Shown in pieces: positions 45,901 through 64,000 of a stretch of 64,000 bases of DNA (position 1 is the first letter of the stretch; each line of letters opens with the position of its first letter). A model generated the notes under the pieces. It was not told the DNA's origin. It made no database searches and worked only from the letters and a program-made list of their open reading frames with translations. Both the position numbers and the translations under genes were made by a program. The stretch comes from Squalus acanthias (Eukaryota). The stretch covers positions 62,001 through 126,000 of the forward strand of contig JASTWF010000344.1 in assembly GCA_030390025.1 (NCBI GenBank). The letters are read 5' to 3'.

Positions 45901-46167
45901 CTGTCGACACCCCCGGGCTCCGTAACCTGGTTTGGTTTATGTTGATTGTTTTTATCTGTTTAAAAGGACCCAGACCTGGAGTCCAAGAGGAAAAAGGAGC
46001 TGGAAAAAATGAAGGAGGAGAAGCAGAGATATCGGCGGAGAATGCGCGAGACTCTGGAGAGAGAGGCAGCGACTCGGCTCAAACACAAATTGCTGAAGAA
46101 GAAAAGAAAGCAACTGAAGGGGGCAGTGAAAGGGAAGCGAGGGGCTGGAATCCCTTCCCAGGACTAG
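36918..46167 (+). CDS. DDX49: DEAD-box RNA helicase DDX49 (Dbp8 orthologue), complete, 13 coding exons, 486 aa
   Basis: Exons 36918-37029, 37705-37828, 39404-39489, 39580-39701, 42625-42812, 43524-43664, 44057-44132, 44907-44983, 45101-45198, 45295-45369, 45476-45564, 45701-45772, 45967-46167. All introns are GT-AG and the frame is continuous (1461 nt). Motifs: [40 protein letters not shown], plus the DDX49-typical tail [23 protein letters not shown]. Confidence 0.97.
37176..37415. repeat. C-rich degenerate short tandem repeat in DDX49 intron 1
   Basis: GACCCCACACT / GACCCCGACCACT / GACTCCCGACCTCT units. Confidence 0.8.
37430..37660 (+). mobile_element. L2-like 3' end fragment
   Basis: ACCATTGGCGGCCGTGCCTTCAGCTGCCTGGGCCCCGAGCTCTGGAAT...TTTGACC, homologous to the reverse complement of 7650-7880. 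Confidence 0.7.
37840..39108 (-). mobile_element. Young 5'-truncated CR1 LINE in DDX49 intron 2
   Basis: Uninterrupted ~360-aa RT/C-terminal frame (39108-38017); (TTTCTATG)n tail at ~37840. Confidence 0.93.
39950..40393. repeat. 45-49-bp minisatellite derived from a CR1 3' end
   Basis: Unit CCCTG(T/G)ATCAATCCCAAACTAATCCCACTGCCCCGCTCTCTCCATAG, about 9 copies, continuous with a minus-strand CR1 fragment at ~40394-40720. Confidence 0.85.
40750..42298 (+). mobile_element. 5'-truncated CR1 LINE in DDX49 intron 4
   Basis: [48 protein letters not shown]-type tail. Confidence 0.93.
42824..43137. repeat. 67-bp minisatellite (about 4.7 copies), DDX49 intron 5
   Basis: Unit TACAGCACGGGTTAGATACAGAGTAAAGCTCCCTCTACACTGTCCCATCAAACACTCCCAGGGCAGG. 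Confidence 0.95.
43218..43360. mobile_element. hAT-type MITE, degenerate copy
   Basis: Starts CAATGTTC, internal similarity to the copies at 52420 and 54040, flanks CCAGTGAC/CTGGTGAC (6/8 match). Confidence 0.55.
43673..43871. other. Assembly gap within DDX49 intron 6
   Basis: Run of N; the flanking exons stay in the correct order and phase. Confidence 1.
44342..44840. repeat. 67-bp minisatellite (about 7.5 copies), DDX49 intron 7, same family
   Basis: Same unit as 42824-43137. Confidence 0.95.
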
Positions 46168-47127
46168 GACAGTCTCAGACCTGCAGCCACAGCAGGCGTT
46201 GTGATGTTTATACCTGGCATTTAACAGTTGGGACTTCTCAACATAGAAACAATACCACTATTATCAGGTTTTTGTTTGCTGCCGTTAGGACAGGAGCCAG
46301 CTTGTGTTCTAATTCCCAAGCGGTGTAAAATATCAGTTGTACAGACAATACCTTTGTTCCTTTAACACTGCTCCTCATTCCAGAGAGTTTGCAAGTGTCC
46401 CCTTCATCCTATCCCAATCAGTTCAGTGGTGGAGCCTCTTGCCAGAAACATCTGGTTTAGCTTTTGGATCTGAGAATAATTCCTGCATTGAGTTACAGAA
46501 CATGGTAGCAGTTCCGAGAATCCCTTAACCTCTGTGCGGGGGAGAGGTTTGAGAACGAGTCTAGCTGCATTTGTTTATCTGATATGCAATGGGTCACAGG
46601 TCACACAAGTGCTGACAGTAAGTTTACATTATAAAAGGGGTAATGTCATGGGGTCCCTCCCTATAATGTGATTGGGTAATTAATCCCTGTGCCTCTCACA
46701 CTTCACCTGCTACCCAGTCCTGTAATGCCTTGCACTGAGCGCATAAGCCTGCAAAGTGTGAATCAGTACAGAACCTGAAGGATAAACAGCTGGGTTGTGC
46801 CCAGACGCTATGATGGAACTGTAGTCTCTGTCACATCTGGAGTGCAGGTGTCAGGGGCTGGTGAGGGAGTTTGGACAATTGGCTGGCAAGTAGCACAGTA
46901 AACTTGGACCATTTTTCCTCAATTTTGGGCAGATTACTCAGTTTACATTTTGATGCCACAGCCCACCTGGTAGAGAAATTCTCACCCCAATATTTACATC
47001 ACATTTGCTCCTGGTGTAGCATGTATATCAGAAAAAGCAAAGTAGGGCCAGGGCATGCAACATTAGAGTGCTGCAGTCATTGGAAGTGCAGGAAGCTGCG
47101 TGATTTATAGCATGAAAGTTAAATGGC

Positions 47128-47220
47128 ACAAGGTTGTGGGTTTGAGCCCCACTCCAGTGCAGGACTGAGGGAGCATTGCGCTGTCAGAGGTGCCGTCTTT
47201 TGGTTGAGACATTAAACCAG
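47128..47220 (+). mobile_element. SacSINE1/DeuSINE-like 5' fragment
   Basis: AAGGTTGTGGGTTTGAGCCCCACTCCAG...CTGAGGGAGCATTGCGCTGTCAGAGGTGCCGTCTTTTGGTTGAGACATTAAACC, recognised by eye. Confidence 0.55.
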
Positions 47221-47590
47221 AAGTTAGGGCCAAGAGCAGGATCTCTGCATCTGGGACAATGGGCATCAGAAGTGCTGAACTGCACCAACTCCTCACACTG
47301 GTTCCCTGGAGTCTGCACTCACTGACAGACCCATTGCATTAACTGCAGGGCAGTGTTAAATATGGAAGGAGGTCTGAGAGAACCATGGATTCGAAACAAA
47401 GTTTGATTTAAAATTAAGGGCCAAATTGTGCCATTGGACAGATGCATGTATGGGATGTGTGTACTGTGGGTTTCACACTTGCCGAGTGTCATATCACAGT
47501 AAAAATTCAACTAGCAATTTGAGGGAGGTAGCCTTCAACCACACCATTACAGAAATCAAAAGTTGTCTTTCCAGCTATGTTATTTACCAA

Positions 47591-47596
47591 AATAAA
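47591..47596 (+). terminator. Candidate polyadenylation signal of DDX49
   Basis: AATAAA followed by a GT/T-rich stretch (GGGGTTTTGTGTG), about 1.4 kb after the stop codon. Confidence 0.45.
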
Positions 47597-47964
47597 TGTT
47601 TATATATGCTGGGGTTTTGTGTGAGGCTCAAGTTTTCCTGCCCAATCTTGCCTTAGTTCAGGGCTGATCAATTAAAATGGATTCCACTCACTCACTGTTC
47701 GATTCAGGAGGTGAGCTGCCTTGTTGTTGAAGATAACGTTAAGTGTGTAAAACTTCAAACAGCAACCCAAGAGGAACACAGGCTCCAAGCACAATATTAA
47801 AAATGGCATTTTATATGACATTCTTTATCAGAAGTGTTAAACAGAATTAATTGTTCAACCTGACCAGATACCTGGGAGTGAGTTACAGGCTGGAATCTAA
47901 GCAAGGGGTGTAGATGATTTAAAGACAAGAGGCACAGCACACATGAATTAAAAACTGACACCAA

Positions 47965-50841
47965 GTTTTATGCAGAGCTAATTTTATTAATGGTTCATGT
48001 TACAGAGACAAATAGATTTAAAATAAAACAATTCAGACAGGTTTGGAAAAAGTTATTTTCCACTCAACAGATGCAGAACCAGCACCAGGGTCGTCATGGA
48101 TTTAAAATCAGAACCTCCTCTTCCTGCTACACAAAATAAAACACAGCACAAAGCAGGAGTCAAGCAGTGAAGGGGAGGGTGAATGAAGGTGATCTCCAAT
48201 GGATTATGTTTTATGGAGGGCTCACAGCTGGATAGAATGAACTACCATAAACAAATGCAACTATGAACTTTTAACAAATCTGCCAGGAAGCCAAAACAAA
48301 AAAAAACAAGTTTCATAAAAGGAGAAGTCCTTTCGGCTAGACCCTGTGCCCTAAAACATCTCGACCACTTGACAGGAGGGTCCGCAGCGTTTGCACCCGT
48401 CCCGAGTCCACAGCAGCTGCCTGTCAGACCGCTGGTCACCAGCAGGATTGGCATTGCTGAGTAATGAGACCATCAGCTGGCCAAACCCACACACACTACA
48501 TACGGCCATTAGACACAACAGGCTAACCCAACGGTGTTCCTCAGCAACACGGCCTTAGTCTTCACATCAATGCGGGTCATACCACACAACTAATGGGATC
48601 GACGCCTAGCAAAAAGGGGTTGGGCAGTGAAAGGTGTGGCCGAGAGTGGAACAAGCATCACTCCCCATGTAGCTGTTGTACCTTCAGCAGATCAGAGTCC
48701 ACCGAAAGGCAAGGTTTGTTTTAAAAGCCCAAAGCAGAGGCCTGCGGTGACCTTCACTTCGCACACGAACGCTGTGCCTTTTGGTTTTAAAGTTGAATTT
48801 CTGGACAGCTGCAAGAGTTCTCCAACATTGTGTAACGTGCAGCACACTCGGGGTTAATTGCCAGGCCCTTTAGAAGCTGTGGTTCTGTATTGCAGCCAGC
48901 TGGACCGGTCCTGCTCTGCCTGGTACTCAGAATTTTCTTGCCCGAATTCATATGGGAAAAGGCAGAATTTATAGACCAGAGTGTGTCAGATTGTCTCTGG
49001 GCAACAGCAACTCAGCAAAGTGCGACACAGTAATACAGACGATGATGTGCGACACCCTTTCTAGACTCATCCTAGTGTCGTTAGGTTAAAACCCCAGCCT
49101 TTATTCAGTGCTCAAGACCGTAACCCTGAACATCATACATGGGTGCGAGAGACAATCGTCTACGCTTTCTGCCATTAACTGTTTGCTTCCGGTAGTGATG
49201 GCGAGTTCTTTACTTTCCAAAACAGCTTGGGTTTAAAAGTTGTTAGATTGGGGGCTAGGCCAGGGCCCAGTAGGAATCACTGCCAATAGTCCCTGCACTG
49301 GCACCAACACATGCACAAAAGCTTTTCTAAATGTACTTGTTTAAAACAATTCAGTAATTAATACAAATGCCACCGAAATTAATGAAAAAAAGGTTAAGTT
49401 TGGTATTTTAAAAGCTTTCACTATCCGATTTCCAGTTAACCCGTTACCAGCCGCTGTGATGTTCAGTAGACAAGAATTAAACAGCCACCCAGACAATTTG
49501 ACGTGTTCCTGCTTCCCATAGCTCGATCCGGTCAGCATGCTGAGCCCAGCACATCACCTCACTCCCATGTGAAAACATTCATGCAGCCCTCCTGCCACTG
49601 GCTGCTTCACTAAAACTCTCACTGTCAACATGAACAACCGCCTGCCCAACAAAGAGAGAATGCTGCAGCCACTCGCCTGCTCTAACTGGCCCTCTTACCT
49701 CACTTGATTCATACATCAGGGGTCTGAAGCAGGCACCAGTTACCCACTGCTGCAATCACTTTCTGATCTCATCACTCACAGCCGGAAGCTAAAACAAAGT
49801 ACTTGTATTTGGAAGCGGATCTTCTCAAACACAGAACATGAAGGGGGGGAAACATCCACAGCAGCTGATTAAAGTGGGTTTAAAACCTTCCTTTCACCAA
49901 CCAGTCTTGGTGTGACTGATTGCTCTTTCCTGGGGAGCAGTGGCCAACAGCAGCTTCCCTGCAGTTGTGGTTTTTCTAAAAAGATAAAACTTGCAAAAAG
50001 AAAAGTCTGAAGAGCAGAATTCTCCCACAGCCCAGCGCTGGAATCGGATAGCCAGTCCACAGATAACCCTTCACCAACCCCAACTCTGAACACGCATTAA
50101 AACCAGTTACTGTGGAAGATTTGAGAAAGCAACATGAAATGATAGCACTGGGCAGAAAGCCTGCATCGAGATCAACTCACGACTTTGAAGTGTATGAAGG
50201 GGTGGAGGCAGAAGGCAGCTCTGTGTCAACTGGGTTTTGCCAGAAATTAATCTTCGCTTCTCGACGGTCTAACTGCTGAAATTTACAGTTTAATCGCTAA
50301 ATGTAGCGTCCAGAGAACAACTGAGAGATAGAACATTCCCCTTTTATTCCCAAAACCAAGAAGGTCTCCCAGCTCCTCCAGGAAACGGGTGGTCCAGATG
50401 TGGCAGGTAGCGGTTGGTTGAGCGCGAGCCCCTCCTCTCTCTCTCCCTTGTTTGACGAGGTGGGAGCAGGGTCTCAGCGGCTTGTGGTATCTTTCCAAGG
50501 GCGAGTTGCGTGGTAACAGCAATAGAGTTTAGTAGATGTGTGAGACCAGGCCTGGCCTGGCTGACAAGGCACACAAGTGCCATCTATTTCTTCGTTCCTC
50601 CAGTCAATCTCCTCGTCTCAATCTGCTAGCAGTGGTCTCTCTCTCTCTCTCTCTCTCTCTCCTCCTCTCTCCCTTTTCTCTTCTCTTCCTCTCGTTTGGT
50701 TGGTTTCTCTCTCCTGTTGCTCTCTCACAGTTGATGCCTCGGTAGTCGCAGTGGAAACAGGTATCCATTTTTGTTTTTTTTCCCCAGATTGAATTACTGT
50801 TGAACTAAGCTTGGCTCAAGCCTAGCTCGCCTCTCCTTAAC
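47965..50841 (-). other. UPF1: Probable non-coding terminal exon (long 3'UTR) of UPF1
   Basis: Donor GTGAGC at 51326 (3 nt after TAG). Pyrimidine-rich acceptor TGTCCCCTTGTTTCTCCAG ends at 50842. Minus-strand AATAAA at 47988-47983. The region is largely TE-free and has a (GA)n tract near 50637-50715. The 3' end is approximate. Confidence 0.65.
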
Positions 50842-51329
50842 CTGGAGAAACAAGGGGACACGTCAAATATCCAGCACAAAACCACAAGGCTCCCCCCACC
50901 CCATTTCACTTACTCAACTTTCACCCTTTGATACCAGAATGAATTGTGAAATTTTAATTACAGGAAACAGCTGGACCCAACCCAACCTCACTTCCACCTC
51001 CCCCCACCGATCTTCACACCCCCCGATCATCTCCAAACCCCACTCTCCCCAACCCCACACCTCCGACTCCACTCCCCCGAGCCTCAACCCGACCCCACGC
51101 CCCCATACCCTGCACCCGCTCCCTCAACCCCACTCCCCCTTACCCCCAACACCTCCAAACTCTCACTCCCCAATCAACCCAGCGTCAACAGCAACCACTT
51201 CCAGGTCAGGGACAGCACGGGTTAGATGCAGATGAAAGCTTTGTAAGGATGGACAGAGATCCCTGCCTCACGAGATGCCTGTAACCCGATGGATTGGTGA
51301 GCAGTGACTAGCAGAAGCTTGCTCACGTT

Positions 51330-62836
<11,507 letters not shown>

Positions 62837-63774
62837 TTAGTGTAAACTCCAGTTACTAACCACACCAAGGATCACGCACAGAAGCCAGAGATATGAGCCA
62901 CATCATCACACCCATTTTGATTACTGTCTAAGCAGCACTGGATGCCAATGGATGTGAGCAACGTATTTTACTCCTGCAGTTACTGGTGGGCCTCATCCCA
63001 GAGCAGATATCCACCTGGCCAGATTTAGTCACACTCATCCTTCTACTCCGTTCAGACCAGCCAATGGAAGCCTCCAAGAGGACTGGGATCACTCTGATGA
63101 AAGACCACCTGCACTGAGGAACAGCTTTTATCATCTACACGGAAGTTGCTGCTTTAGTCTGTGTGGAGTGCCGAACCACAAATAAAGTTCATGAGTTTAG
63201 AGAGCGAGAAGCTGAGCCACACGGGGCAGGAATGTCCCAGGTTTGATCCAGAGTTTGAACGGAGTTAAAAATTTAGACAAGGCTCCCACTCCTGATCACT
63301 ATACAGTGAAGATAGCACGTGGCTTGGGTGAGGGGCGCTATGATGCTCTTATGTGGTCAAACACTCAGTCTCGAGGCTAAATGAATGGTCACTTTGCCAG
63401 AGTGGAGTCTACACCTTCAGAGATGCAGTAAAAAGAAAGAGACATCAGCATTTCAGAGAGTGGACTCAGACCCACCAATCACCACCTTGTTTTGGTTACA
63501 AGCTATTCCAGTCCACTGTCTGATCTTTGACATACGCGAGACTGCTATCATAGGCCAGGGTCCCGCACAGGATTTGTGCATTCACCCTTTTTATCATGGT
63601 GGATAATTCCACACCCAAGTGCTAGGAATAATTAACATGCATCAGTGGGCTATTAATTGGCAAAAGAATCTAACCAGGATGGCCCCAACACAAACAGTAC
63701 TTGATAAACACCAGAAGTTGTCTACGGTATGAATGTGTGGGAGTGATGGAGTCTACTGTCCACTGTTTGAGTAA

Positions 63775-64000
63775 AGCACTGAGGGAGTGCTGCACTACGA
63801 CACTATTGGACGAAGAGCAGAGGAGTTCTCCCAGTGTCCTGGCCAACATTTATCCCTCAATCACCACCAAAAAAACCCCAGATTAACTGGTCATTCATCT
63901 CAATGCGGTCGGTGGGACTTTGCTGTGAGCAAACTGATGGTCACCTTTGCCTACAGAACAAAGATTGTCTGTGAAGAGCTCTGGGACACTGAGGGTGTGA
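63775..64000 (+). mobile_element. SacSINE1/DeuSINE-like fragment
   Basis: GAAGAGCAGAGGAGTTCTCCCAGTGTCCTGGCCAACATTTATCCCTCAA...CTGGTCATT...GTGGGACTTTGCTGTG resembles the Deu domain and tail. Confidence 0.6.

Overview
Repeat-rich vertebrate genomic DNA, most likely from a shark or other cartilaginous fish (HE1/V-SINE-like and SacSINE1/Deu-like SINEs, dense CR1 LINEs). It has two 200-N-scale scaffold gaps (17770-17969, 43673-43871). Three host genes can be built from GT-AG exons: the last three coding exons of a HOMER3-like gene (- strand, 6398-17398), a complete 13-exon DDX49 (+, 36918-46167, 486 aa), and the 3' 11 coding exons plus spliced 3'UTR of UPF1 (-, 51330-62813). The rest is mostly CR1/L2 LINEs, SINEs, hAT and Harbinger-type non-autonomous DNA elements, more than a dozen minisatellite arrays, and two young full-length Ty3/Gypsy elements with open gag-pol frames. 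The most notable element is the Gypsy at 31621-36102. It has no tRNA primer-binding site. The 11 nt just after its 5' LTR are instead the exact reverse complement of an 11-mer inside its own LTR, which is Tf1-like self-priming architecture. It also has a YLDN RT motif and a duplicated PPT/LTR-start. Other highlights: a CsRn1-type Gypsy (CHCC Gag knuckle, tRNA-Trp PBS) with a DNA transposon in only one LTR; a Penelope-like insertion carrying a minimal hammerhead ribozyme motif; and an intron 3 nt after the UPF1 stop codon. Family assignments come from motif recognition by eye, not from database searches. TE boundaries without TSDs are approximate.
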